64,000 nt of DNA, from positions 12,034 through 76,033 of the forward strand of contig JAIPJX010000005.1 of assembly GCA_021733945.1 (NCBI GenBank), read 5' to 3'. This DNA comes from Verrucomicrobiota bacterium (GTDB lineage: Bacteria; Verrucomicrobiota; Verrucomicrobiia; Limisphaerales; SIBE01). Each line of letters begins with the position of its first letter. The first letter of the stretch is position 1. This document shows, piece after piece, positions 48,499 through 59,897 of the stretch. The notes beneath the pieces were generated by a model. That model did not search any database. It worked only from the letters and a program-made list of their open reading frames with translations, and was not told where the DNA came from. A program made the translations under genes and the position numbers.

Positions 48499-48969
48499 AT
48501 GGACATGTTTAAGATTGGTGTTCTTTCCGACACACACGGGTATTTGGATCCTCGCATTCCGGGGTTATTTGAGGGCGTGCAACATATTCTGCACGCCGGA
48601 GATATTGGACTGCAAGGCATCATAACGACTCTGGAAGAGACGGCCCCGGTCACCGCGGTGCTCGGGAACACGGACTGCGGTTTGACCTTTTCCGAGACCG
48701 AGTGCTTTGTTTTGGCGAAGCGTAAGTTTCTTCTGCACCATATTGTGGATGTTTGGATGCCATCGGACCTTGTGAAGGATCTGTTGGCTCGGGAACGGCC
48801 CGAGTTCGTCATATTCGGTCACACGCATCGGCAAAGTTGCAAGGAGATTGGCGGGGTGACCTACCTCAACCCGGGATATTCGGGTATTCCCAAGCAGAGC
48901 CAGAAACGCAGCGTCGCGATTCTGACCTGCAGCGATCGGGGTGTTACGAGTGCGTTTATCGAGCTGTAA
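48499..48969 (+). CDS. YfcE/MJ0936-family metallophosphoesterase
   Basis: IGVLSDTHG, HAGDIG, GNTD and FGHTH are the motifs. Confidence 0.85.
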   Translation: MDMFKIGVLSDTHGYLDPRIPGLFEGVQHILHAGDIGLQGIITTLEETAPVTAVLGNTDCGLTFSETECFVLAKRKFLLHHIVDVWMPSDLVKDLLARERPEFVIFGHTHRQSCKEIGGVTYLNPGYSGIPKQSQKRSVAILTCSDRGVTSAFIEL

Positions 48970-48974
48970 GTGGG

Positions 48975-50526
48975 TTATTTCGCGGGTTTTCGGGATCGCA
49001 GAAAGGTCGGGAGGTCGCTGATGGTCCGGATGCCGAATTGCTCGCAATCGTTCCGGCGCATCATCAGGGCGTATGTGTTGTTGAATCCGAAGGGTGTCAA
49101 CCAGTGGACGTCGCTGATCCGCGCCTGTTCGCTTCGCACATGTTGAAACACCCTGTCCGGATCGCGGAGGATTTTTTCGCGGGTGGCATCGTCGGTCTCC
49201 AGCAACACAAGCAGACCGGTTCCCGTGTACTCCGGATAGACGTCAATTTCTCCGGCAACAAGTGCTTCGAAGCAAATCTGTGTTCCGGCCAATCCAGTTG
49301 TGAGTTCGACGGTTAGTTCGGTTTGGTTTTCGATGAGCAATCCGATGATCTCCGCCAAAATAAACTGTTCCGTGAAACTCTTGGAGCCGATTTTAATCGT
49401 TGGGTCCCCTTCCCGATCCAGGGAGGCCGGCAATCCCCGGGGATTCGAGAAAGTCCTTTGCGACTTGATGGGGTGTTGCATGGCCCTGGTCCACCCTGAA
49501 ATTCATGTGAGCCATTGCGAGGTTGGAGATCCTGCCCGACACGAGTGCGAGGGCCTCTCTGATTTCCGGATGTCTGCGCAGGGTTTCTCCGTTTAGGAGC
49601 GGAGCTGCTGCATACGGAGGAAAATAGTGTTTGTCGTCCTCTAGAACCTGGAGATCGAAGGCCTGGATGCGGCCGTCCGTTGAGAAACCGCTGATGAGAT
49701 CCACCTGGCCTTCCTTGAGGGCCTGGTACATTAAGCCGACGTCCATCTCCGTGGTGTCCAGTTGCAGGTCGTACACCTGGCTCATCGCGCGGTAGCCATC
49801 GGCGCGTTCCATGAACTCAGTCGGGAACGCCGCGAGAAAGTCCGTCCCGCTGAATGCCGGAATGATCACCAGGGGCATCAGCGCGAGCGACGTCAGCGCG
49901 AACACGATGGCGAAGGGTTTTAACAGGCGCCGGATGCGTGGTTGAATCCAGGCCAGTGCGGCGTCCAATCCCATTGCCAGCATGGCTGCGGGCATGGCAC
50001 CGGCCAGGATCATGTGCGGGTTGTTGAGTGCGATCCCGCGAAAGATAAATTCACCGAGCCCGCCGGATCCGATCAATGCGCTGAGGGTGGCGACGCCGAC
50101 ACCGATCACGGTGGCGGTGCGCACTCCGGCGAAGATGACCGGAGCGGCGAGTGGCAGTTCGACCCTGGCCAACATTTGGAATCCGGTCATGCCCATGCCG
50201 CGGGCTGCTTCCTTGACTGCCGGATCGACCTCTTCCACACCAATGTAGGTGTTGCGCACAATGGGGAGCAGAGCGTAAAGAAAAAGCGCAACGATGGCGG
50301 GGATGACCCCAATTCCGAGCCAGGGCAGGAGGAAGCCGAGAAGCGCCAGGCTGGGAATGGTCTGAATGACTCCGACAAACGCCAGGGATGGTCCTGAAAG
50401 CCGTTGCCACCGTGTGAGGAGCAACCCGGCCGGTATTCCCAGGAGGCTTGCGCCGGCGAGTGCCGTGAGGGTCAGCCCGAGGTGTTCAACGGTTTGAACC
50501 CCGATTTCCTCCCTGTGTTCCCACAT
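48975..50526 (-). pseudogene. OpuC/OpuB-type ABC permease fused to a circularly permuted OpuAC-family substrate-binding domain, split by a frameshift (or a sequencing error)
   Basis: ORF 49393-50586 encodes a BPD-transporter TMD, an extra TM helix and the C-terminal half of an OpuCC-like domain (EFMERADGY...STDGRI...YFPPY...VAKDFLE). ORF 48975-49481, in another frame and with no signal peptide, encodes the N-terminal half (TIKIGSKSFTEQFILAEI...EIDVYPEYTGT...FGFNNTYAL...ISDL). The frames can be joined within 49406-49444, which contains a CCCCGGGG run at 49435-49442. Confidence 0.6.
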
Positions 50527-50546
50527 GAATTGCCAGAAACCGGTGT

Positions 50547-51530
50547 TCACTCGGGACGCTTCCTCCGGTCGGCACAAAGTTTCCAAAATGCGGCGAGCAG
50601 GCTGGGAATGGTTGTATTCAGGATCTTTGTGCCATCGGCATCGGAAACGACCAAGCTGGCCGTATCATGATTTTGAAATTGCTGAACAAGGTCCAATAAC
50701 GAGATGTCCCATTCCACGGTGAGCAGAGGGGTGCGACCCGGTGCAGGTGCGTCGAACGGAAGGTGCGGGCTCAGGTCGCAAAGGCGCACCACCTGGAGGG
50801 AAGCCAGGAACTGCTGGGAACGGAAGAAATCACGGACGAAATCGTTCGCTGGTTCAAAGAGGAGATCTGCCGGAGTGCCGCTCTGCTGGATGATTCCCCT
50901 GTCCATGAGGCAGAGTTGATCACACATGAAAACAGCCTCAAAAACATCGTGTGTGACCAGGACAACCGTTTTCCCGAGGCAGCGTTGGAGGGTTTTGAAA
51001 TCCCTCTGGATTTGACCCCTGGTGATTTGATCCAGGCCTCCGAAGGGTTCGTCGAGGAGGATTACGGGGGGATCGGCGGCCAGGGCGCGGGCGAAGCCGA
51101 CACGTTGTTGTTGACCGCCACTGAGTTCGTGAGGGAACCGTTTGGAATAAGCCGCGGGCGGCAGACCCACCAGATCAAGCAATTCAGCGGTGCGTCTGGA
51201 AATCTGACCTTCATCGTGACGCAGCAGGCGTGGCACGACCGCCACATTGTCTTCGACGGTGTAGTGCGGGAAGAGCCCGACGCTTTGGATGACATAGCCG
51301 ATGGCGCGGCGGAGGCACTCCGGGTTTTGATGCGCCACGTCGCGTCCACCCAAAAGCACGCGGCCCGAAGTGGGCTCGATCAGGCGGTTGAGCATGCGCA
51401 GGGTGGTGGTCTTCCCGCATCCGCTGGTACCGATCAGGCCCAGAGTCTGACCGGCTCCTACTTTGAAGGAGACACGGTCGACCGCGGTGGTGCCATGGAA
51501 CTTCCTGGTGAGTTCGATGGCCTGAATCAT
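50547..51530 (-). CDS. ABC transporter ATP-binding protein (OpuCA/ProV-like, osmoprotectant type)
   Basis: Walker A (GTSGCGKTT), signature (LSGGQQQRV) and Walker B (ILLDEPF), with a short CBS-like C-terminal region. Confidence 0.88.
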   Translation of the reverse strand: MIQAIELTRKFHGTTAVDRVSFKVGAGQTLGLIGTSGCGKTTTLRMLNRLIEPTSGRVLLGGRDVAHQNPECLRRAIGYVIQSVGLFPHYTVEDNVAVVPRLLRHDEGQISRRTAELLDLVGLPPAAYSKRFPHELSGGQQQRVGFARALAADPPVILLDEPFGGLDQITRGQIQRDFKTLQRCLGKTVVLVTHDVFEAVFMCDQLCLMDRGIIQQSGTPADLLFEPANDFVRDFFRSQQFLASLQVVRLCDLSPHLPFDAPAPGRTPLLTVEWDISLLDLVQQFQNHDTASLVVSDADGTKILNTTIPSLLAAFWKLCADRRKRPE

Positions 51531-51545
51531 TGGCTGCGGAATCGG

Positions 51546-52133
51546 TCAGCGGATGTTGAGAATGCTCCACATGCCGTGTCCGCATCCCAGGCCGGTTTGG
51601 AGGCCGTTCTCGAGGCCGCGCAGGGCGTATCCGAGCTGGGGTTCGATGATGTTCGCCCGGGGATCGCCGAACGTCATCCAACTGACATTGGCGATCACGC
51701 GGTCCATGGTCATCAGGGCGAACTGAAGGGGTGCCGGGAATTCGGACCAGCCTTTCATATCGACCAGGGAGACATTGCGGCGAAGCCGCCTTTGGGTGAA
51801 TTCGACCAGAATGTTCCAGCAGCGAATCAGGCGTTTGAGAAACGGGGTGATAATGGCCTGGGCAGGGATCATGGCCGGATCGAGGATGAGGCGTTCGAGA
51901 TCCGTGCGGAGATAATCCTCGTGCAGTGAGTTGGCGAGTTCCCGGATGGGTGGGAGTTTTGGATTGTATTCGCGCGTGTCCGTGTGCCGACCGACGAGGA
52001 TCGATCGATCCATTCGTTTAAGCACTTCCACGGAGCGTCCGGATTCCGACGCCAGGTCGGCCGCGAGTTCATCGACTTCCGTACCGTTCCAAATATATTT
52101 TCTTCCTTGGGCAGAACGAGACGAAACAACCAC
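51546..52133 (-). CDS. Hypothetical protein, first gene of the osmoprotectant transporter operon
   Basis: Coding-like, with no motif recognised. The start is uncertain (GTG at 52133 or ATG at 52013). Confidence 0.4.
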   Translation of the reverse strand: MVVSSRSAQGRKYIWNGTEVDELAADLASESGRSVEVLKRMDRSILVGRHTDTREYNPKLPPIRELANSLHEDYLRTDLERLILDPAMIPAQAIITPFLKRLIRCWNILVEFTQRRLRRNVSLVDMKGWSEFPAPLQFALMTMDRVIANVSWMTFGDPRANIIEPQLGYALRGLENGLQTGLGCGHGMWSILNIR

Positions 52134-52356
52134 CGAAACGAAGTCCGCCGAGGTATGTTGTCCGTCTGCCTTGTGTGTCCAACCGGAAGCAGTGAAAAAG
52201 GCTCCTCAACCAGAAGGCTGCAGAATACACAATTGTTGGCTTTGAACCAAACCAATAATGAAGAAATCTGGGTGTCGCCTGTGGATCGACGATTGTGAGG
52301 CACTCCCGTGCCCTGTGTTCTTGCGCCTTCGGTCAGGCAGGAGCTAGAGTCTTTGC

Positions 52357-55300
52357 ATGGCGCACGCAGAATTTGTCCACCTCCATTTGCACACCGAGTA
52401 TTCGTTGCTCGATGGTGCCTGCCGGCTGGATCGACTGATGGACAAGGCGCATGACTTGAGGTTCCCCTCCATGGCGATCACCGATCACGGTGGCATGTTT
52501 GGCGTGATCGAATTTTATCGGGCGGCTTTGGCCAAGGGCATCAAGCCCATCATTGGTTGCGAGGTGTATGTGGCCCCGGGAAGCCGGTTGATCAAGAAAT
52601 CGGCCAATGGAGGCAGGGATGCGTACCATCATCTGGTCTTGCTGGCGAAGGATGAGGTGGGCTACAAGAACCTGATCCGCCTGGTCACCGAGGCGCATCT
52701 GGAGGGGTATTACTACAAGCCGCGGATCGACAAGGAGATATTGGCGGAGAACAAGGAGGGATTGATTGCCCTTTCCGGATGTCTGGCCAGCCAGATTCCC
52801 GAATGCATCGTGCGGGATAGACTGGATGAAGCGCGTGCGACGATCGATTGGTTCAAGCAGACCTTCGGCGCTGAGAATTTCTATCTCGAATTGCACAACC
52901 ACGGCATAGCAGATCAGGCGAAGGTCAACCGGTCGCTGATTCCCTGGGCCAAGGAGTTCGGGTTAAAACTGGTTGCCAGCAATGATGTGCATTACGTGGA
53001 GAAGGAGCATTCCCACGCGCACGACTGCCTCATTTGCATCGGCACCCAGACAACCCTGAACGATTCCAAGCGGATGCGGTATGTTCCCGAACAGTTTTAT
53101 CTGCGTTCGGCCGAAGAGATGCTGGAGCTGTTCGCTGAAGTGCCGGAGGCCGTGCGGAACAGTCTGGAGATAGCGGAGAAATGCAATTTGGAAATCGAAT
53201 TCGACAAGCTGCATTACCCGGTGTACGAGCCTCCGGAACATTTTACCCGGGAAGGCTACCTGCGGAAGGTGCTCGCCGATAGCCTGCTCAAACGGTACGG
53301 CATTCACGCCCGCGCTCAGGGACCGGAGTTTGTGATCGATCGTGTCGAGGATCCCAAGCGGCTGCCGACCTTCCGTGATGAGGCCCTGCTGAATCCGGCT
53401 GATGATGCGCAGGCCGCACGATTGAAACAGGTGATCGATCAATGTGTGCAAACCATCATTGATCGGTTGCAGGTGGAGTTGGACACGATTGAAAAGACCG
53501 GATTCACCAGCTATTTCCTGATTGTGGGCGATTTCGTGCGTTATGGGCGTGCCAAGGGTATTTCCTGTGTGGCCCGCGGTTCCGCGGCAGGTTCGCTGGT
53601 GACGTTTCTGTTGGAGATTTCCAACGTGGACCCGATCCGGTACGGACTTCTTTTCGAACGGTTTTTGAATCCCGAGCGCGTGAACCCTCCGGACATCGAC
53701 ATCGATTTTGCGGACGATCGGCGTGCGGATGTCATTGAGTATGTGCGGGAAATGTACGGGAGGGACTCGGTCGCCCAGATTATCACGTTTGGCACGATGG
53801 GCGCGAAATCTGTGGTGCGCGACGTCGGGCGGGTGATGGGGCTGAGTTACGGTGAGTGCGACCGGCTGGCCAAGATGATTCCCAATGAGCTGAAGATGGA
53901 TCTGGCGAAGGCGTTGAAACTTTCACCGGAGTTCAAGGCGGCCTACGACACGGAGGAAGTTACCCGCGAGCTGTTGGAGACGGCTTTTGTGCTGGAGGAT
54001 CTCACGCGAAATTCCTCCGTTCACGCGGCTGGCGTGGTGATCGGCGATCAACCGCTGGTGAATCTCCTGCCTTTGAAACGGGACGAAGATGGCGGGATCG
54101 TGACTCAGTACGCCATGAATCCCGTGGGAGATCTCGGGCTGCTGAAGATGGATTTTCTCGGTTTGAAAACCCTCTCGGTGATTCGAAACACCTGTGAACT
54201 GGTGAAAACCACCCAGGGCATCGACGTGCCCATTGACGATCTGCCGCTGGATGATCCCAAGACCTACGATCTGCTCAACAAGGCAAACACCATCGGTGTA
54301 TTCCAGCTGGAATCAAGCGGCATGCGGGATCTTTGCAGGAAGTTTCAGATCAGTTCTGTGGAGCATATTACCGCGCTCATCGCCCTGTACCGACCCGGTC
54401 CCATGGAGCTGATTCCCGAGTTCATCAAGCGCCGTCACGGAGAGGTCAGCATCGAATACGAGCATCCCCTGTTGGAACCGATCTGCAGCGAGACCTACGG
54501 GATCATGGTCTATCAGGAACAGGTGATGCAGGCGGCCCAGGCGTTGGCCGGGTTTACGCTCGGTGCTGCCGACCTTTTGCGGCGCGCCATGGGAAAAAAG
54601 AAGCTGGAGGAAATGGCGCGTCAACGGGAGATCTTCGTCAAGGGATGTGCCACCACGAATAAGATCGGTGCTGCAAAGGCGAACCAGATCTTCGATTTGC
54701 TCGAAAAATTTGCGGGTTATGGATTTAACAAATCCCACGCCGCCGCCTACGCCATCGTTTCGTATCAGACGGCGTATCTCAAGGCGAACCACCCGGTCGA
54801 GTTCCTCAGCGCGATGATGACCAACGATATGGGGGACACCGGAAAGCTGGGAGTCCTGATCGCAGAGGCGCGTGCCTTCGGAATCGATGTGCTCCCTCCG
54901 GATGTCAACGAGAGCCGGGTGGCTTTTGCGCCGGCCCGGGGAGGCACGTTGATTCGGTTTGGTTTAGCCGCGATCAAGGGCGTCGGTGGGGTTGCGGTGG
55001 AAAGCATCCTGGCGGCTCGCAACTCGGGTGAAAAGTTCGTCGGACTGGAGGACCTGTGCGAGCGGGTGGACGGGCGCGCTGTCAGCCGCAAGGTGTTGGA
55101 AGGACTGATTCGGAGTGGTGCCTGCGACACCTTTGGGGAGACTCGCGCGACGCAGTTTTCACGCATCGACAGTGCGTTGTCACGGGCCGCCAGTGTGATT
55201 CACGATCGACGGCAGGGCCAGGCATCGCTTTTTGGATTGATGGACGAAGCCGAGGTTGCGAAATCGGAGAGAATCGAACAGCTCCCGGAATGGCCGGAAA

Positions 55301-55992
55301 GCGAGATGCTGGCGGCGGAGAAGGAGTTGCTGGGGTTTTATGTAACAGGCCATCCATTAACACCTTACGCAAATATCATCGAGCAGTACGGAACCGCAAC
55401 CAGTGTCACCGCGGCATCGCTTCCCAATCGAAGCATGGCTCGGATTGGTGGAATGGTGGGTGCCGTGCAGAGCGGGATCTCCAAACGCACAAACAAACCG
55501 TACGCCTTGGTGACGGTGGAGGATTTACACGGTGCCGTGCAGCTGCTCTGCATGAACGAGAATTATGACAAGTACCGTGAGATGCTCGTACCGAATACTC
55601 CGTTGTTCGTGATCGGCGAGGTAAACACGGGCGAGGATCGTCCGAAGGTTTTCCCCCAGGAAATCATCTCCATGGACGAGGCGATTCGACGCTTCACTCA
55701 ACAGGTACATTTTCGGCTTTATACGGCGCACCTGGACCGTCCGCGTCTTGAGGCGATTCGTGACCTCACCCTTGCCCATCGCGGGAGTTGTCCCCTCTTC
55801 CTATGCATGATTCGGCCCGAGGGCGGCATCCTGTTCCTGGAAGCACACGAGCGATTTTATGTCAGCCCCTCCAAAGAGTTGCAGGAGGCAGTTGATGCGT
55901 TGGTCGGCGAGCAGACCTACTATGCGAAGGTCGATCCAGCACTTCCTGAACGTTCGCAACGACGGTGGGAGAAGAAGAACGATTCCGAGTAG
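52357..55992 (+). CDS. dnaE: DNA polymerase III alpha subunit
   Basis: 1211 aa. PHP domain ([16 protein letters not shown]), polymerase core ([23 protein letters not shown]) and a C-terminal OB fold. Confidence 0.95.
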   Translation: MAHAEFVHLHLHTEYSLLDGACRLDRLMDKAHDLRFPSMAITDHGGMFGVIEFYRAALAKGIKPIIGCEVYVAPGSRLIKKSANGGRDAYHHLVLLAKDEVGYKNLIRLVTEAHLEGYYYKPRIDKEILAENKEGLIALSGCLASQIPECIVRDRLDEARATIDWFKQTFGAENFYLELHNHGIADQAKVNRSLIPWAKEFGLKLVASNDVHYVEKEHSHAHDCLICIGTQTTLNDSKRMRYVPEQFYLRSAEEMLELFAEVPEAVRNSLEIAEKCNLEIEFDKLHYPVYEPPEHFTREGYLRKVLADSLLKRYGIHARAQGPEFVIDRVEDPKRLPTFRDEALLNPADDAQAARLKQVIDQCVQTIIDRLQVELDTIEKTGFTSYFLIVGDFVRYGRAKGISCVARGSAAGSLVTFLLEISNVDPIRYGLLFERFLNPERVNPPDIDIDFADDRRADVIEYVREMYGRDSVAQIITFGTMGAKSVVRDVGRVMGLSYGECDRLAKMIPNELKMDLAKALKLSPEFKAAYDTEEVTRELLETAFVLEDLTRNSSVHAAGVVIGDQPLVNLLPLKRDEDGGIVTQYAMNPVGDLGLLKMDFLGLKTLSVIRNTCELVKTTQGIDVPIDDLPLDDPKTYDLLNKANTIGVFQLESSGMRDLCRKFQISSVEHITALIALYRPGPMELIPEFIKRRHGEVSIEYEHPLLEPICSETYGIMVYQEQVMQAAQALAGFTLGAADLLRRAMGKKKLEEMARQREIFVKGCATTNKIGAAKANQIFDLLEKFAGYGFNKSHAAAYAIVSYQTAYLKANHPVEFLSAMMTNDMGDTGKLGVLIAEARAFGIDVLPPDVNESRVAFAPARGGTLIRFGLAAIKGVGGVAVESILAARNSGEKFVGLEDLCERVDGRAVSRKVLEGLIRSGACDTFGETRATQFSRIDSALSRAASVIHDRRQGQASLFGLMDEAEVAKSERIEQLPEWPESEMLAAEKELLGFYVTGHPLTPYANIIEQYGTATSVTAASLPNRSMARIGGMVGAVQSGISKRTNKPYALVTVEDLHGAVQLLCMNENYDKYREMLVPNTPLFVIGEVNTGEDRPKVFPQEIISMDEAIRRFTQQVHFRLYTAHLDRPRLEAIRDLTLAHRGSCPLFLCMIRPEGGILFLEAHERFYVSPSKELQEAVDALVGEQTYYAKVDPALPERSQRRWEKKNDSE

Positions 55993-56132
55993 GGATCTGC
56001 GGATCAGCGCGATCAGCGCTTGAACGCTCGTTTTTGATGGCGGACAATCCGGATCTCGACTACAAGGGTGGACGAGACCCGAGGGGGTCTTCTGTCCGCT
56101 TATCAAAACAGACCGCGTCAGTAGCTAATCTT

Positions 56133-57728
56133 ATGAAGGCAACTCCTGAACTTCTTTGGGGTCGGTTTCAGAAATATTTTCATCAATTCCCTGCGATCGA
56201 TCTGAGTATCGATCTGAGTCGGGTGAATTTCCCAGACGATTATTTTTCGTCGATGGAGCCAAAGATGAAGGCGGCATTCACGGCCATGGAGCAGCTGGAA
56301 CGGGGGGCTGTTTCGAATCCTGACGAGGGCAGGCGGGTCGGACATTATTGGTTGCGTGATCCGGAACGAGCGCCGGTTCCGGAGATGGTGAATGCGATTA
56401 AAAGCACCATTGAAGCGATACAGGGTTTTGTAGCGGACGTCCATTTGGGAACGGTGCGTGGCGCTTCGGGACGATTTCGCAAACTTCTGATCATTGGCAT
56501 CGGAGGGTCTGCCCTGGGTCCGCAGTTTGTATCCAGAGCACTGGGTTCACCTTTGGAAGACAGAATGAAGGTGTATTTCTTTGATAATACGGACCCGGAC
56601 GGAATGGATTTTGTGCTCGATTCCATTGGTGATGCGTTGGGCGAGACCCTGTGTGTTGTGATTTCCAAGTCTGGCGGCACCCAGGAAACACGCAACGGAA
56701 TGCTCGAAACGAAGGCAGCGTATGAACGCTCGGGCCTGAAATTCGAAGCCCACGCCGTGGCCATTACGGGGGAGAAGAGCGCTTTGGATCAATTGGCGGT
56801 GTCTGGCGGCTGGTTGAAACGATTTCCGATGTGGGACTGGGTTGGTGGACGCACGAGTGAACTCTCGGCCGTGGGACTGCTTCCTGCGGCGCTGCAAGGG
56901 ATCAATATCACCGCCATGCTGGAGGGTGCGAAGGCATGCGACGTGGTCACCCGGAGCCCTCAGGTTGAGGCGAATCCGGCAGCACAATTGGCGCTGATGT
57001 GGTACCACATTGGCGGGGGCAAGGGATCGAAAGATATGGTCATCCTCCCGTACAAAGACAGGCTGGAGCTTTTTTCAAAATACCTGCAGCAACTCATCAT
57101 GGAGTCGCTTGGAAAAGAGTTGGATATCAAAGGAAACGTGGTCAATCAGGGGATTGCGGTCTATGGGAACAAAGGTTCCACAGACCAGCATGCTTACGTC
57201 CAACAATTGAGGGATGGCATCAACAATTTCTTTGTGACCTTCGTCGAAGTGCTTCGGGACCGTAAAGGAACCTCAATGACGGTGGAACCTCATGTCACCG
57301 CGGGAGATTACCTGAACGGGTTTTTTCAGGGAACACGCAGAGCGCTGCATGAAAATGGGCGTGAATCGATTACTCTGACGATCAAGGAAGTTTCTCCCTT
57401 CTCGGTGGGTGTTTTGATTGCGCTCTATGAGCGAGCCGTTGGTTTCTACGCATCGCTGGTTGGAATCAATGCCTACCATCAACCCGGGGTGGAAGCTGGA
57501 AAGAAGGCGGCTGCATCGGTTGTTTCGATCCAATGCAAAATCCTTCAGACCCTTGCGAAGAGAAAAGGAAAAGCCGCCACCTGCTCTGAGATCGCGGCGA
57601 TGATCGGGAGTAGTTCGGATGTCGAAACTGTATTTATGATCTGCGAACACCTTGCTGCGAATTCCGACCGAAGCTTTCGCAGGAACGTCGGAGCCACTCC
57701 GTTTGAAGCCACGTACGAATTGATCTGA
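56133..57728 (+). CDS. pgi: Glucose-6-phosphate isomerase
   Basis: The ATG at 56133 gives [16 protein letters not shown].... [21 protein letters not shown] and [15 protein letters not shown] are PGI signatures. Confidence 0.9.
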   Translation: MKATPELLWGRFQKYFHQFPAIDLSIDLSRVNFPDDYFSSMEPKMKAAFTAMEQLERGAVSNPDEGRRVGHYWLRDPERAPVPEMVNAIKSTIEAIQGFVADVHLGTVRGASGRFRKLLIIGIGGSALGPQFVSRALGSPLEDRMKVYFFDNTDPDGMDFVLDSIGDALGETLCVVISKSGGTQETRNGMLETKAAYERSGLKFEAHAVAITGEKSALDQLAVSGGWLKRFPMWDWVGGRTSELSAVGLLPAALQGINITAMLEGAKACDVVTRSPQVEANPAAQLALMWYHIGGGKGSKDMVILPYKDRLELFSKYLQQLIMESLGKELDIKGNVVNQGIAVYGNKGSTDQHAYVQQLRDGINNFFVTFVEVLRDRKGTSMTVEPHVTAGDYLNGFFQGTRRALHENGRESITLTIKEVSPFSVGVLIALYERAVGFYASLVGINAYHQPGVEAGKKAAASVVSIQCKILQTLAKRKGKAATCSEIAAMIGSSSDVETVFMICEHLAANSDRSFRRNVGATPFEATYELI

Positions 57729-57744
57729 TTCACTGTATTCCGCG

Positions 57745-57782
57745 AAAACATCGTCTCCTGGAAGGGGACGATGTTTTTTTTT
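57745..57782 (+). terminator. Intrinsic terminator after pgi
   Basis: AAAACATCGTC-tcctggaagggg-GACGATGTTTT stem whose 3' arm runs directly into a T-run (nine T in total, 57774-57782). Confidence 0.8.
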
Positions 57783-57853
57783 GAATCGCTGATAAGCGGT
57801 TTTCTGAGCTTCGGACTTCGCTTCGTTTTGAAGAATCGTTTCGGATTCGAAAA

Positions 57854-57869
57854 TGTTCCACGTGGAACA
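57854..57869. other. parS: parS centromere-like site, copy 1 (TGTTCCACGTGGAACA)
   Basis: Perfect 16-bp palindrome, 15/16 to the Bacillus-type parS consensus TGTTNCACGTGAAACA. Intergenic between pgi and mnmG. Confidence 0.75.
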
Positions 57870-57956
57870 ATATCTTTTAAACGCCTCCTCTGCGCGGTGG
57901 TGCACAAAATCGGTGGTTGATGAGGAGGAGTGGCTTTTGCGATACTCTCCGAGACT

Positions 57957-59897
57957 ATGTTCGTCTACCCGAAAAAATACGATGTGATTGTGGTCGGCGG
58001 TGGACACGCCGGAGTTGAAGCGGCTTTGGCATCCGCCCGCATGGGTTGCAAAACCCTTCTTCTCTCAATCAATGTGGACGGGATCGGGCAGATGTCATGC
58101 AACCCTGCGATCGGAGGATTGGCTAAAGGTCATCTTGCCCGGGAAATTGATGCCCTGGGTGGTGAGATGGGGCGAACCACGGATATGACCGGATTGCAGT
58201 TCCGGCTGCTCAATACAAGAAAGGGTCCATCCGTCTGGGCACCCCGGGCGCAGTGCGATAAAAAGGCTTATCAGTTTCGGTTGAAATGGATCTGTGAGCG
58301 GCAGCCAAACCTCGATCTCAAGCAGGGACAGGTCCAGAGTCTGATACACAAGGACGGACGTGTGTTTGGTGTCGAAACGACGCTCGAGGTTCAATTCTTG
58401 AGTGAGGTCGTTATCATCACGACGGGGACCTTCTTGAAGGCGTTGATGCATATTGGAAAGAATCAACAGGCCGGAGGCAGGGCTGGCGAGTCTTCGGCGA
58501 CGGGACTTTCCGGTTCCCTTCAGGAGGTAGGAATTCGGTTGGGCCGGTTAAAAACCGGCACACCGCCCCGGTTGCTACGGAGCTCCATTGATTTTAGCAG
58601 GACCGTGGAGCAGCCTGGTGATGAGCCGGTTCCCTATTTTTCGTTCTGGAAAGATGATTTGTTCCACGTGGAACATTCCGAACGAAGCCATGCAGAGGGG
58701 GCGGAGGAAAAACCAAAGTATCCATTTGGATCCATTCTGAGTCAGATAGGCGGGCAACTCCCCTGCTACATCACGTATACGACCGAAGAAACCGCTCAAA
58801 TCATTCGCAAGAATCTGCATCTCTCACCGATGTATTCGGGTGTGATAGAAGGAACGGGTCCACGATATTGTCCTTCCATTGAGGATAAGATAGTCCGGTT
58901 TGCAGACAAGGAGCGGCATCAGATCTTTCTCGAACCGGAGGGCATCGCAACGGATGAGATTTATGTAAATGGATTCTCCACCTGTCTGCCATTCGAGGTT
59001 CAGGTGGGTTTGATACGAACCATCGCAGGCTGTGAAAATGCCGAAATCCTGCGCCCTGCTTATGCTGTGGAATACGATTTTGCCTTCCCGAATCAATTGT
59101 CCAACAGTCTCGAAACCAGATGTTGCAGGAATCTGTTTCTGGCCGGACAAATCAATGGAACCTCCGGATACGAGGAGGCCGCAGCCCAGGGAATCATGGC
59201 GGGCATCAATGCGGCCAGAAGGATTCAGGAAGCCGATCCAATCACCTTTCGGCGCGATCAGGCTTACATCGGGGTGCTGATTGATGATCTGATCACAAAA
59301 GGAACCACCGAACCGTATCGTATGTTTACGTCGAGGGCCGAATACAGGCTGTTGTTGCGCCAGGACAATGCGGATGCTCGATTGTCTCCCACCGGCCACA
59401 AAATCGGGCTCCTGCCATCAGCTCATTATGAACGCTGTGTTATTAAACAAAAGGCAGTTGTCGCCGAGATTGCGAGGCTCGAGCAGATGCGGGATGGAAC
59501 CCATAGCCTGACTCAAATTCTCCGGCGTCCCGAAATAACCTACGCGCAACTGCCCGGAAGGAATTTGACCCTCGATCCAGAAGTCATCCAGCAGGTCGAA
59601 ATCGAGGTTAAATATGCCGGATACGTGCAACGGCAGCAGCAGGAAATTGAGAAATTTAAGTCGATGGAGGAAAAACGAATTCCCGATTGGATGGATTATG
59701 CGAGCATCACAAGTCTCCGAAACGAGGCTCGCCACAAACTCGAGGCTGTGCGACCCGCAACCCTGGGTCAGGCGTCCCGCATCTCCGGGGTCTCTCCTGC
59801 GGACCTCAGTCTGGTAATGGTCTGGATGAAACGCGGCGCTCCGGCTTGTCCGCAAGTTGATGACTTCACCTGCCCTGAAGAAGGAGAGCACGAATAA
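57957..59897 (+). CDS. mnmG: tRNA uridine 5-carboxymethylaminomethyl modification enzyme MnmG (GidA)
   Basis: The ATG at 57957 gives MFVYPKKYDVIVVGGGHAGVEAA... SCNPAIGG, GRLKTGTPPR, GPRYCPSIEDK and YRMFTSRAEYRL are present. Confidence 0.95.
   Translation: MFVYPKKYDVIVVGGGHAGVEAALASARMGCKTLLLSINVDGIGQMSCNPAIGGLAKGHLAREIDALGGEMGRTTDMTGLQFRLLNTRKGPSVWAPRAQCDKKAYQFRLKWICERQPNLDLKQGQVQSLIHKDGRVFGVETTLEVQFLSEVVIITTGTFLKALMHIGKNQQAGGRAGESSATGLSGSLQEVGIRLGRLKTGTPPRLLRSSIDFSRTVEQPGDEPVPYFSFWKDDLFHVEHSERSHAEGAEEKPKYPFGSILSQIGGQLPCYITYTTEETAQIIRKNLHLSPMYSGVIEGTGPRYCPSIEDKIVRFADKERHQIFLEPEGIATDEIYVNGFSTCLPFEVQVGLIRTIAGCENAEILRPAYAVEYDFAFPNQLSNSLETRCCRNLFLAGQINGTSGYEEAAAQGIMAGINAARRIQEADPITFRRDQAYIGVLIDDLITKGTTEPYRMFTSRAEYRLLLRQDNADARLSPTGHKIGLLPSAHYERCVIKQKAVVAEIARLEQMRDGTHSLTQILRRPEITYAQLPGRNLTLDPEVIQQVEIEVKYAGYVQRQQQEIEKFKSMEEKRIPDWMDYASITSLRNEARHKLEAVRPATLGQASRISGVSPADLSLVMVWMKRGAPACPQVDDFTCPEEGEHE
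58660..58675. other. parS: parS centromere-like site, copy 2 (TGTTCCACGTGGAACA), inside the mnmG coding sequence
   Basis: The 16-mer is identical to copy 1. It encodes LFHVEH within an expanded variable loop of MnmG. Confidence 0.75.
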
